From contig OZ244976.1 in assembly GCA_965222905.1 (NCBI GenBank), forward strand, positions 6,310,815 to 6,374,814: 64,000 nt of DNA. The letters run 5' to 3'. The notes below the pieces were generated by a model. It made no database searches and was not told the origin of the DNA. It was given only the letters and a program-made list of their open reading frames with translations. This DNA is from Vicinamibacterales bacterium. GTDB taxonomy: Bacteria; Acidobacteriota; Vicinamibacteria; Vicinamibacterales; UBA8438. Position numbers and translations under genes: made by a program. Shown here in pieces: positions 50,718-60,555 of the stretch (its first letter is position 1; each line of letters starts with the position of its first letter).

Positions 50718-51539
50718 TCAGGAAGCAGCGGGTCGACGGCGCCGCGGCAACAGCGGACCCGGCGGACGGCCACGACGTGCGGGCGGTGGTGATGGCGCCG
50801 GCGACGTCGGCCGCGACGGGTCAGTTCGATAGCTCGGCACGTCGAACTCGAGTACCACCGAGTGGTGTACCAGCCGGTCGATCGCCGCGGCAGTGGCCAT
50901 CTGGTCGCGGAAGATCCGGTCCCACTGGCTGAACACCAGGTTGCTGGTCACCATCACCGAGCGTCGCTCGTAGCGCTCGGCAAGCAGCGTGAACAGCACC
51001 TCGGCCTCGTCGGGACTCTGCTGCACGTAGCCCAGGTCGTCGGCCAGGATCACCTCAAAGAGGTCGAGCTTGCGCAGTGCCCGCGGCAGGTCGAGGTCGC
51101 GTTTGGCGCCGAGCAATTCCTGGACCAGGGCGTAGGCCGGCACGCACAACACGCTGTGGCCGGCTTCGACCAGCGCGTGCGCGACCGCGCACAACGCGTG
51201 GCTCTTGCCGACGCCCGGCAGACCGAACGCAAGCACATTGGTCGCCGTCTCGAGGAACGCTCCGGTCGCCAGCGTCTTCAACTGCTGTACGACCGGCCCC
51301 GGTAACCGGCCCGTGTCGAGCGTCTCGAACGTCTTGCCGGGCGGCAGACGCGATGCCCGTCGCAGCCGGGCAATCCGGCGCTGGCGGCGTGCTTCGGCTT
51401 CGGCCTCGAAGACTTCCAACAGCACCGGCAGCGCGTCGTGGTGACCGGCCTGCGTCAATCGCGGCACCAGCTCCTCGGACGCCGTCGTCAGGTTGAACTG
51501 CGTCAGCAGCGTCGTCACCTGCGTGCTCGGTGCCGTCAT
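50718..51539 (-). CDS. istB: IS21 helper ATPase IstB
   Basis: MTAPSTQVTTLL...NVLAFGLPGVGKSHALCAVAHAL (Walker A) ...FEVILADDLGY (Walker B) ...AIDRLVHHSVVLEF. ATGA overlap with istA. Confidence 0.88.
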   Translation of the reverse strand: MTAPSTQVTTLLTQFNLTTASEELVPRLTQAGHHDALPVLLEVFEAEAEARRQRRIARLRRASRLPPGKTFETLDTGRLPGPVVQQLKTLATGAFLETATNVLAFGLPGVGKSHALCAVAHALVEAGHSVLCVPAYALVQELLGAKRDLDLPRALRKLDLFEVILADDLGYVQQSPDEAEVLFTLLAERYERRSVMVTSNLVFSQWDRIFRDQMATAAAIDRLVHHSVVLEFDVPSYRTDPSRPTSPAPSPPPARRGRPPGPLLPRRRRPAAS

Positions 51540-53035
51540 CCTTGCAGGCCTCCGGTCAACAGCGCGTCGTACCGCGTCAGGTCCGGCCGAGGGATGTTCA
51601 CCACGGGAATGGTCGGGACCGGCGGACTCACCTCGGCCTGGACGCTGGCATAGTCGCACGCGACGCCGGCGTCGAGTCGGGCCCGAAGCGTCGCCTCGAC
51701 CTGTCCTTCACTGGTCGTGGCCGCCAAGTGCAGCAGCCGCACATACTCGACGTCGGCCCGCTCGCCGTGCGTCCGCCCGAGCGCGTCATACGCCGACCGG
51801 AAAGTCAGCGACGGAAACAGCTCTTCCCGGAAGCGATACCGGGCAAAGGCGCCCGGCTTGCGGACCAGACTCCCGATGATGTGGCGATACTCGATCCGGT
51901 GGTCCGCCGAGCCCCGCAGCCGTGGCATCGTGCACAGCACCCGGCCGCCGTAGAGGACCTCGACCGTCGACGGATGCTGGCGCGCTTCGACCGTGTGACC
52001 GATCAGGCGCGACGGCACCGAGTAGATCCGGCTGCCGATGCGAATCGTGCTCCACTTGCGCACCCGGCACTGGAACGTCGTGTACTCCGGGATCCGCGCC
52101 GCCGGCAACGGCCGCAGAGACAGACGCTCCTCGGCCAGCCGAGCCGCCGCCGGCCTGTTCCGCTCCTCGTCGACGACCGCACGCACGAAGCCCAGATACG
52201 CCGACTCGTCCGCGAAGTCTCTTTCGCCCCGCAACAGCAACGCCTGCTCGATGGCCGTCTTCGTGCGGAAGTGCGCCTGCTCGGCCACCCCGTTCTCGTG
52301 CGGTTTCCCCGGCTGGATCCGCGACGAGTCCAGCCCGTAGTGGTCCAGCACTTGCCGGAACCGCGCCGTCAACTGACGCCCACCGCTGCGTTTCAGCTCG
52401 TGCGTCGCCGCCGACAGGTTGTCGTGACGGAGCACTGCCGGCACCGCGCCCAGCATCCACAGCGCCCCCTGCAGGCCCGCCACCAGCGCCTCGAACGTCT
52501 CGCTCAGCGCCAGTCCCACATACGTCCACTTGCTGTAGCTCAGCACCCACTCGAACAGCAGGTGCGCGAACGGCACGCCCCGGATCGTCACCCGCAGGTC
52601 GCTCGCGTCGGTGAAGTCAAACGCCGCTTCCCGGCCCGGGACCGCCACCTGCTCGAAGTACACCTCGCGGTCCGCACCGTACTGCACCCGCCAGTCGCGG
52701 ACCCGCCGCTGCAGCGTCCGTAGCTGTCCCTCCTGAAAGCGACCCGGATGCCGCCGGCACAGCGCCTTGAACAGCGTCAGCACCTGCAGCCGGCCGTCGG
52801 TGTCGGCCGCCAGCTGCGGCACCACCTCCGACTCCCACACCTCGGCGAACGGGTCTTCCCGCGTCCGCCACGTCCGCGGCCCCTTCGCCGTCGACGGCAA
52901 CGCGCCGCTCTGCCACTGTCGCGCTGTCCGCTCGCTCATTCCCGCGGCCGCCGCGGCCGCCGCCAACGTCTTCCCCGACATCCGTTTCTCTCGCAATCGT
53001 CGAACCTGCGCATCCGTGACCAACCCGTCCTCCAC
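51536..53035 (-). CDS. istA: IS21 transposase IstA
   Basis: GTG 53035: VEDGLVTDAQVRRLREKRMSGKTLAAAAAAAGMSERTARQW (HTH) ...AFDFTDASDLRVTI...RHDNLSAATHE...PGKPHENGVAEQAHFRTK (DDE). Confidence 0.88.
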   Translation of the reverse strand: MEDGLVTDAQVRRLREKRMSGKTLAAAAAAAGMSERTARQWQSGALPSTAKGPRTWRTREDPFAEVWESEVVPQLAADTDGRLQVLTLFKALCRRHPGRFQEGQLRTLQRRVRDWRVQYGADREVYFEQVAVPGREAAFDFTDASDLRVTIRGVPFAHLLFEWVLSYSKWTYVGLALSETFEALVAGLQGALWMLGAVPAVLRHDNLSAATHELKRSGGRQLTARFRQVLDHYGLDSSRIQPGKPHENGVAEQAHFRTKTAIEQALLLRGERDFADESAYLGFVRAVVDEERNRPAAARLAEERLSLRPLPAARIPEYTTFQCRVRKWSTIRIGSRIYSVPSRLIGHTVEARQHPSTVEVLYGGRVLCTMPRLRGSADHRIEYRHIIGSLVRKPGAFARYRFREELFPSLTFRSAYDALGRTHGERADVEYVRLLHLAATTSEGQVEATLRARLDAGVACDYASVQAEVSPPVPTIPVVNIPRPDLTRYDALLTGGLQG

Positions 53036-53127
53036 GAGGAAAACGGGCAGTCTCACACGACTCTGGGTGGGTCCACGAACCGGCGATCGCGTCCTCGGCA
53101 ACCGGCAGAAATAATTGTCGTTGATCA

Positions 53128-53440
53128 CCTGGCACGCCGCCGTCACAACGCATCCAGAATGACCGTGCGCCGATGGCAAACAGACGGCGGCGCAACGGCG
53201 GCGTACAGGCAGAGTCACGGCGGCGGGCCTGCAAAGCGACCCCGGCATGCACCCGCGGCGCATGCAGAAACACTCCGATCTGCAGGCATGCCGCACGCCA
53301 CGTGCGTGCCCGCCGCCGGCACGCCGCCGGCAAACCCGAGTTCACGACCGACGAGCGGAGCGACAAGACCCGCGCACTGGACAAAGCCGCAGAACAAGAG
53401 CAGAGTCAGCGGCGGACCGAACAGAGGAAGAGATCATCAT
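53128..53440 (+). repeat. T-depleted module A1 (right part)
   Basis: CACGCCGCCGTCACAACGCATCCAGA...GGCAAACCCGAGTTCACGACCGACGAGCGGAGCGA is a close direct repeat of 53955-54200. Confidence 0.75.
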
Positions 53441-53476
53441 GCCCCTACCACAGGAACAGCAGCGTTACTCATCGGC

Positions 53477-53749
53477 GTGATAGCCGCGACAGTCGCGTGC
53501 ATGGCGTGGCTGAAGCCGGCAACCGGGTCAAGGGCGGACAACATCGCCGGCGGCGTGATCGCGCTCGTCGGATTCCCGCTGGCCACCCTGCGCATCGTGC
53601 AAGCGGCCTGGGCCGAGATAGCGACGGTGACGATCATCATGTGGGTCCTGACAGTCGGGTTCACACGAGGCCGGGAGACCGTGATCTGGACGATCGCGGC
53701 GTGGTCCGGAACAGCCATCCTCGGATGGATGGCACAGATCGGCGTGTAA
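53477..53749 (+). CDS. small hypothetical membrane protein
   Basis: GTG-start 90-aa ORF with hydrophobic helices (GGVIALVGFPLATLRIV; IATVTIIMWVLTVGF; IWTIAAWSGTAILGWMAQIGV). A GAGGAAGAG RBS and an ATG lie 40 nt upstream in another frame, so the start or frame is uncertain. Confidence 0.4.
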   Translation: MIAATVACMAWLKPATGSRADNIAGGVIALVGFPLATLRIVQAAWAEIATVTIIMWVLTVGFTRGRETVIWTIAAWSGTAILGWMAQIGV

Positions 53750-54210
53750 ACGCCTCGAGCCGATAGCCAAGCCGGAACCGGACCGTGCAAGCCGGCGAAA
53801 CGCCGGCCGGCGAACACGACCCGAACCACATCCGACTCCCCCGCCTCCACGGCCGCGAACCCGAGGGGTTCAAGCAAACGACGGCGGCATGCACTCACGC
53901 CGCACTCGCGCCGCACTCGCGCCGCACTCATTTCGCATGCGCCGTGGATGCCACAGCCGGGCACGCCGCCGTCACAACGCATCCAGACCGACGGCGCGCC
54001 GACCGCAGAGAGATAGCGGCGCAACGGCGGCGTACACGCCAAGTCACGGCGGCATGCCGGCAAGGCGGCCCCGGCATGCACCCGCGCCGCATGCAGAATC
54101 ACTGCGATCTGCCGGCGCGCCGCACGCCACGTGCGTGCCCGCCGCCGGCACCCCGCCAGCAAACCCGAGTTCACGACCGACGAGCGGAGCGAGCAGCGGT
54201 TGCCTGTTCC
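53750..54210 (+). repeat. T-depleted module A2 (uninterrupted paralogue of A1)
   Basis: Contains 11-bp tandem units at 53889-53932 and the empty IS21 target site ...GATGCCACAGCCGG|GCACGCCGCCGTCACAACG. Confidence 0.75.
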
Positions 54211-54335
54211 AGCAACGGCGTGTGCTCCGTCAGCATCGGCCCGTCGGCATGTCGGCCACCCGGCCCGTCAGGCTTCCAGATGTGGAGGCCGTTGCCGAAA
54301 CGCTGCATGTGCAACCCGCACGCACATTCGATTGC

Positions 54336-56817
54336 CTAGCCCTACCCTGTACCCACATTATTCGTTCTGGACAACTCCAGCACGCTCCCGCCGTCCAATG
54401 CGGTAGCCGATGGTTGCGATGGACATTCGTTCGTAACCGCGCCACATGATCTGGTGTCCGGGGGGCGGGTCGTGCGTGCGGTTCTGGTAGCCGCCGAGGA
54501 TGGCGAGCAGGAGGACTGCGGCGGCGAGATGGTCAGGGGGCGACAGGCCGAGTTCTTCGGCATAGTCGGTCAGGAAACGCAACTCGATGTCGGTGAACAG
54601 CAACTGGGCGTCGCACCCCGGCAGGTCACGACCGAGCAGGGTCATCACCATCAGGCGCCAGGCGATCACGGTCTGGATGGTGACCGCGCGTTGGAGCCGG
54701 TCGGCGGTGTGGAACGCGAGATGTTCGACTCGGCATCCGGACTTGAGCACCCGGAACAGGTCTTCGATGCGCCAGCGCCGCAGGTAGTAGCCGATGACCG
54801 CGACCGCGGTTTCGGTGCTGTCGACGTCGAGGCTGGTGAGCAGGAACCACTCGACCGCCGGCTCACCGGGCGGCGGCGCGGTTTCGCGCACATGGACCGT
54901 TGACAGCGCCACCGGTTCGGCGCCGGCGAGGGTCGGCGGCGCCACCACCTGGCGATGGCGCACCTCGGCCCGCGCCACCCGCCCGGTGCGCGCCGGGCGG
55001 GCCTGCCTGCCGCTGGATTTGCGCCGCGCGCTCAGGCGGTCGACCTCGATCTCGACGTGCCCGTCGGCGGCGCCGGCGCGCATGGCGGCGAACAGCTTCG
55101 GGGCGCCCTTGGCGAGACAGCGGTCATGGTGGGCGCGCACCAGCACTTCCACCCGGTTCAGACGGCGCTGCTCATCGAACACCGCGAAGCAATCCGCCTC
55201 GCGGTCCATGACGCTGAGCACCCGCGTCTTGCGGCTCAACGCCGCCGCCGCCCGGTCGATGTCGCGCAGCCCGTCGACCCAGCGCCGCGTCTTGGGGGCC
55301 GTCTCCTGCGCCGCCTTGGGGGCTTCCTGCGCCGTCTTGGGGGCCGTCTCCTGCGCCGCCGCCGGCGGTGGCTCGTCCGCCGGGCGCGCCGCGCCGCCCG
55401 GCGGCGCCTCGAAACCGCAGCGCAGCACGCCCAGCGGCAGACCCGCGCCATCGACCGCCAGGGTCAGATGCAGATGCAGGCCGAGCGTCTTCGAGACCGT
55501 CTGGTTGCGCCCGATGATGCCCAGCCCCTCGCAGTTGGGGCGCGTCGCAAAGTTCAGATCCGTCCCGTCCTGGATGCACAGCACCGTGTCCTGGCCGCGC
55601 ATCCGCTGCAGCGTGCGCGCCCGGTGCGGCGCGAGAATGTTCCCGGGCGTGACCGCCGACGACACCGGCTGGTCGATGAGCCGGTAGTAGCCCTTGACCG
55701 CCGCGCGGTCGTGGGGACGCGTTGGCGGTGATCGCCTCGCCGGGCAACGACGCCAGCAGCCCCGCGCTCTTGACCAGACGCGCCGACAACCGCTGATCGC
55801 CCAACGGCGCCCCTCCAAACTCGTTCCCCGTCCAGGCACCGCTGTCGAGCCCGTCAGCCGGCGCCAGCGCCGGCGCCGCGTCGACCCGCGCCACCCCCAA
55901 CCGCCGCCGCCAGTGCGGCTCCAACTCGTACATATATACCGACTTGACCGGACGAGCCCGCGCGTGGTCGCGGTCCTGGCGCCCGCGACCGGCCGTCTGG
56001 CCGACCCACACGAAGTTGGCCGCCTTGAAGCTGGCCCCGTCATGCGCGGGGCCGACGAAGGTCTCCACCAGCCACGGACGATACTGGTAGCGGGCTTCGA
56101 AATCCTCCGCCACACGCGCCAGCACCTGGCCCAGCACCTGGCTGGCCAGGTTGCGGCATTGCACCCCGGGGCGGATCAGGAACCGGCTCAGGCACAGCAC
56201 CCGGTGCAGATGGGCTTGGCGTTGCTCAGCGCTCCATCCCATCCACGCCTCGCGCGCCCGCAATTGCAACGCCGCGGCCGAAAACCCGACCGCGCCCAGC
56301 ACCCCGTGCGCCGAGACCACCAGATAGCGAACCTGGCAGCCCGCAAAGGTCGTCGTCCCCTGCGGATGCTCGAAGTGCAGCAAGGTATTCCACACCCGGC
56401 GCTGCCCGCCTTGCTCTACCAGCTCCAGCGACAACCCCGCGACCGCCTCCACCGTACCCGGCACCGCCGTGGCCGCCGCCACCGGCGCGTCGAAACGCTG
56501 CGGCATCGGCGCGCCCCCGCCGCGCCGCGACGCCGGCAACGCAATCCGCCCCGCCTTGTGCAGCGTGTTGAGCGCCTTGAGACAACCCGCGAGTTGGGCC
56601 GACCCGCGCGCATCGACAAACCCGAACTCCGCGCACACCCGCCGCCCCACCGCCGCTCGGTTGTTCAGCGACTCCTGCGACACAATCCGCTCGAGGCGAG
56701 CTTGCGACTCCGGCGCACGAAGCGTCTGTAGTATCTGGTTCTGGTGCTCCATGCCGTGACGCTACACGGCGGAAGCTGATTTGTCCAGCCCTGAATGCGG
56801 GTACAAGGCAGGCCTAG
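54336..56817 (-). mobile_element. IS4/Tn5-like insertion sequence (2482 bp)
   Basis: Imperfect inverted repeats CTAGCCCTACCCTGTACCCACATT (54336-) and AATGCGGGTACAAGGCAGGCCTAG (-56817), about 20 of 24 matching. No clear target duplication. Confidence 0.7.
54358..56752 (-). pseudogene. DUF4338-like domain fused to Tn5-type DDE transposase, one frameshift
   Basis: N-part (frame of 55172..56752): WMGWSAEQRQAHLHRVLCLSRFLIRPGVQCRNLASQVL...PWLVETFV...FKAANFVWVGQTAGRGRQDR. Frame change near 55705-55715 (..ITANASP / HDRAAVKGYYRLIDQP). C-part: VLCIQDGTDLNF...VLSVMDREADCF...YYLRRWRIEDLFRVLKSGCRVE. Confidence 0.75.
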
Positions 56818-57049
56818 CCGTGTTCCAGAGGAGGATGCTCGGTTCCGCACCGAGGACATTACAGCCGCGTCTCGACCCACATCAGCGCCCCTGGCGCATG
56901 CAGCGATTCCGGATTTTCACACGTCGAGTGCATGTGGTACGGCAGGCTCTCGATCACCTGACTGCTCTTCCTGGTCGCTTCCATGGGCCTTGATTCTACT
57001 GCGCGCCGCTCTTGATCCGGCGACCGCAACCCGAACCACCGCCGAATCA

Positions 57050-59438
57050 CCGGCCGGCACGGCCCTGAACCCAGGAGCCTGAAACGAAGGCCCGGGAGAA
57101 GACGCAACCGCGTTGTAGAAGCGCAGGAACGACGCCGGGACCCGACGCATACAGAACGGCGTACCCACGTCGAGGCCAGGCAGCAGGCACGCCCCGCACA
57201 GGCGCGCCGAGAAGCGGCCCGCATGCAGAACGACGCCACGCCGCCGTCGGCAGGACCGCGGCAACAACGCCCAATGCACGCACGCCGACGGCGGCGCGCA
57301 TGCAGAACGACGCCACGCCGCCGTCGGCAAGACCGCGGCAACAACGCCCAATGCGGGCGGGGGCTGTACGGCGTGACCGCGATCTGAATGCGGCATGCAC
57401 TGACGGCGCGTCCACTTTGCGCGAAACCCTCCGGTCACGGTCCGCACGAGCTTCAGGCCGAACCAGCTGTCCGCGCCGTGACCACCCAACCCGCAACGAC
57501 GGGAACCAGGCACAACCGCGTCAGCCAGTCGAGGCCGCCGCGGCCGATCAGAAAGCCAGGAACAAGACACAACGAAGTCTTGCCGAACCGAATCCAGGCC
57601 AGCAACAACGGCGTCCGGCAGCCTCGGCTGGAGCACGCGGCGATGCGGCCGAAAACCGCCGGCACTCCCCCACCCCAAACCCCGAGCCAAGAGCTGCGAA
57701 CGAATACCGCGGCAACACCACAGCGCATACGGTTGCTCGAACGCCAAGGACGCAGCCGCGGCGCGGAACGGCGAGCCGCCAACGGCAGGAACAGGCCGGA
57801 GAGACCGGTACTACCCGCCCGGATCACATGCGGTCCGTCGCCCGAAACTGCCTGCCCGAAGCTCATGCCGTCTGTCGACTGCCCTCCGATCACGACACCA
57901 CGCATACGGTTACCGGAACGACACCGCACCGGCACGCCGAGAGCACCACGCGGGTACGCCGCACGCACGCCGATGGCAAAGGGCACGCAACAGGCATGCG
58001 GCGTACAGGCGGCGGCGGGGCACCCCGACCGCATAGTGCATGCGGCATGCAGTGGTGCCGCACGCATTATGCAGGCGGCGCGCAGTGGCGGGGACCGCAC
58101 ACGGATCCTGCCCCGACCGCATACGGACCAACCAAGCAGAGGTCGGAGCGGACGAACCATCGAGCAGCGGAACCGCCGAGCATTCCAAAGCCGGCCCGGG
58201 ACGACTTGCCCACTCGAGCCCGGAACCACTAGCGCTCGGCGGAGACCGCCGCGGCGACAACGCGCATGGAGCTATCAGAAGCACGCCAGAGCAGGGGAGA
58301 AACGACCCAGTCCACCGGGGCGGTAACGCATGAAGCGCGGCACGACGGCTCGGGGAAAAGGGCGTCGACACTGTCGCGTAGGCCGTTGACCAAGCGACGG
58401 CCCCCGACGAATGCCGATGGACCGACCAAACGCATGCGCCCCCTCGAAAGGGCGGCCGGCAGCCAAGGAGCGAAACCGATAGGGCCGCGAACCAGCAACG
58501 CGGACCGCCCCTGCCAGGTCGACTGGTGCGTCTCGCTCGTCCTGGACGAGTACTCCGCAGAGTGCGTCGTGCACCGGACGTATCCAGCGGAGAGCCGAAC
58601 GGATGGCCAGGTGGAACCCGACGGGAAATAGCCAGGTTTGGTGCTGGCCAAAAGGCATGCGCCCCGCGTACCGGCCGTACGCACGTTCACGGCAAAGGGC
58701 GATCAGATAGGGGTCACGTTGACACGGCGCCGCACCGGTGCCGCACGCATGCCGCACTCGGCATGCCCGATGTACCGGATCAGTTCGACGCGGAAATCAG
58801 TGCCCACTGCGTGCAGGAGGGGTGCACGCCGCATCCCCGCCGCATCCCCGCCGCGTACGGCGTGTACGCAAAGTGACGTCAGACTGCAGGTACCACACGA
58901 GGAGAGCCATGGGATCCTGAACCACCGAAGAGGCAAGCTGGGGCAAGGCCCACAACGCACCACCAGCCGCCGAGAGCATCCGGAGACCTCGCTGAATCCG
59001 CGAACGGATCAGAACCCCAGTAATCGAGGACCTGGCGTCAAGACCTCACGCGAGGCAACACCCACGAGAGGCATGCTGCACCAGGCGCAGGCTCAGAACG
59101 AAACAGCCCCACACGCCCGGCAGCCGCGCCGCACTCGGCACAACCGCATGCCGTACGCAAGTTGATCGCGGAATGCGTACAGCCCGCACGCATAGTGCAT
59201 GTACGCCGCACGCGGCACGACCGCACCCTGACCGCATCCGACCCGTCAACTGGACGGGCCGCATCACGCGGACGGGGCACGCAGCGGGCGTGCACGCCGC
59301 ACTCGGCATGCCCGCAAGCCGCACCCAATTTGCTACGGGTCTGCGTGCCAACTGCACGCACAATGCATGTACGCCGCCCGCGGCGCGACGGCATCCTGAC
59401 GTCACCGGACCCAACAACCGGGCGCAACGCATGCAGAG
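57050..59438 (+). repeat. T-depleted GCATGC/CCGCAY-rich non-coding module A3 (2.4 kb)
   Basis: Hand counts: 57301-57360 has 3 T versus 15 A; 57661-57720 has 3 T versus 18 A per 60 nt. All three plus-strand frames are open for hundreds of codons because stops are depleted. No RBS or start context and no recognisable protein. Confidence 0.75.
57221..57354 (+). repeat. 77-bp tandem duplication inside module A3
   Basis: GCATGCAGAACGACGCCACGCCGCCGTCGGCA(G/A)GACCGCGGCAACAACGCCCAATGC occurs at 57221-57277 and again at 57298-57354 (one mismatch). Confidence 0.85.
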
Positions 59439-59816
59439 CTAGCCGTCCTCCTCCGGCACGCGCCCGGCAACCGCAGAACTGCGCTGATCGACGCGAGCAC
59501 CGTCCTCGTCGTCCTCCTCGAACACGACAGGGACAAGGGTTCCCTGCCGCCGACCGTGGTAACGATCGTCGGCACGCCCGTGAGCACGCGCGCCACGGAC
59601 CGAAAGGCCCCGTACACGGGCGCTGACCAACTCATCGAAGACCTGGGGCAACCCCTTCGAGAACGCCACGCGCAACAACCAGCTGCGCGACACCCCGTGC
59701 TCGACACAGAGCTGATCGATGCGGTTGAGCTGCTCGGTGTTGAACCGCACCTTCACGACATGCCGGTACGCCTGCCAGCGAGGCGCGTCAACAGGGGAGT
59801 CGGCCATCCTTGCCAC
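59439..59816 (-). CDS. ribbon-helix-helix protein (MobC/CopG-like)
   Basis: VKVRFNTEQLNRIDQLCVEHGVSRSWLLRVAFSKG is an RHH beta-alpha-alpha unit; acidic tail. ATG at 59807 is an alternative start. Confidence 0.6.
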   Translation of the reverse strand: MARMADSPVDAPRWQAYRHVVKVRFNTEQLNRIDQLCVEHGVSRSWLLRVAFSKGLPQVFDELVSARVRGLSVRGARAHGRADDRYHGRRQGTLVPVVFEEDDEDGARVDQRSSAVAGRVPEEDG

Positions 59817-59819
59817 CTG

Positions 59820-60275
59820 CTAGGGGAGATCATCCGGCGGCTCCTGGCCTGGAACGGCAACCAGATTCCCGTCGTGAGAAGCATAAAGCGAATCAACCAG
59901 CGCTTCGAAGTCAATAGCGTCAGGCTGCACGCCAGGCAAGTACGTCGGAAGCTCCGCAATGAGAGCATCGCGGAGCGCATCCGGCTGCAACGCCGGATTC
60001 ACCCGCAGAAGCGTCTGCCCAAAAAGGATCACCTTGCGCTGTTGCGCCGTCGCCGGCGCGCGACGACGGCCAAAATAGACACCCTCTGGACGCGGGAAAA
60101 GGCGTGATCCCTGCCCCTGCCGCTTGGGCGTAAACTTCTTCGCGGCATCGTCGATCCCCGCAACAACGGCGGCCGACACGACCACCGACCGCGACACTGC
60201 AGAGCGCTCGGCAACACGGTCGACCTGGCTCAGCACACCCGGATCCATGTAGATCACAACTCTCGTCTTCGGCAT
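59820..60275 (-). CDS. ribbon-helix-helix protein (CopG/Arc-like)
   Basis: ATG 60275 behind a GGGAGG RBS: MPKTRVVIYMDPGVLSQVDRVAERSAVSRSVVVSAAVVAGI (RHH); ~110-aa C-terminal extension. Confidence 0.6.
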   Translation of the reverse strand: MPKTRVVIYMDPGVLSQVDRVAERSAVSRSVVVSAAVVAGIDDAAKKFTPKRQGQGSRLFPRPEGVYFGRRRAPATAQQRKVILFGQTLLRVNPALQPDALRDALIAELPTYLPGVQPDAIDFEALVDSLYASHDGNLVAVPGQEPPDDLP

Positions 60276-60555
60276 CCAGACCTCCCACGCCACCCACGAA
60301 CGTAGCCGCAGGCAGCGCCCGTTTCGGGTTCAAATGTACCACACAGGCTGTCGGCCCGTGCACGTACTCCCGCTGGCACAGGGGCTGTCAGCTAATGCCC
60401 GTTAAAAAACGTGCTGAGTTAGCGCGGTTTCTGTTAGCGCGGTGCCGTTCCCGCGCTGGCGCGGGCGCTGCCTGCATAGTCTAGTGCCTAGTGTTGTTCC
60501 AGGCGCTGTCAGCATTAGTACGTGCACCTGTACCGCATTATGTATTAGTGCCCAT

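Larger units (their letters stand above)
50002..53127 (-). mobile_element. IS21-family insertion sequence (3126 bp) with passenger ORF
   Basis: Ends TGTTCGGCGTCAACTACTTTTGCCGG+TCGACGACAATTATTCTTGCCGG (left) and CCGGCAGAAATAATTGTCGTTGATCA (right) are inverted and multi-repeat, as in IS21. CCTGG is duplicated at 49997-50001 and 53128-53132. The uninterrupted paralogous site at ~53950 confirms the insertion limits. Confidence 0.85.

Noticed and set aside
57300-58326. Several 250-310-aa ORFs on both strands inside module A3 (57300..58232 +, 57388..58326 +, 57453..58229 -)
   Set aside because: Every stop codon begins with T, so a T-poor strand (and likewise its A-poor complement, since every stop contains an A) stays open in overlapping frames. 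Products are Arg/Ala/Pro/Thr/Gln-rich (plus) or Cys/Arg/Gly-rich (minus) with no RBS, no domain and no consistent frame.
49930-58861. Could the short tandem repeats be CRISPR arrays?
   Set aside because: The units are 11 bp, contiguous and without spacers, in clusters of only 3-4. No cas genes are present. This is not CRISPR architecture.
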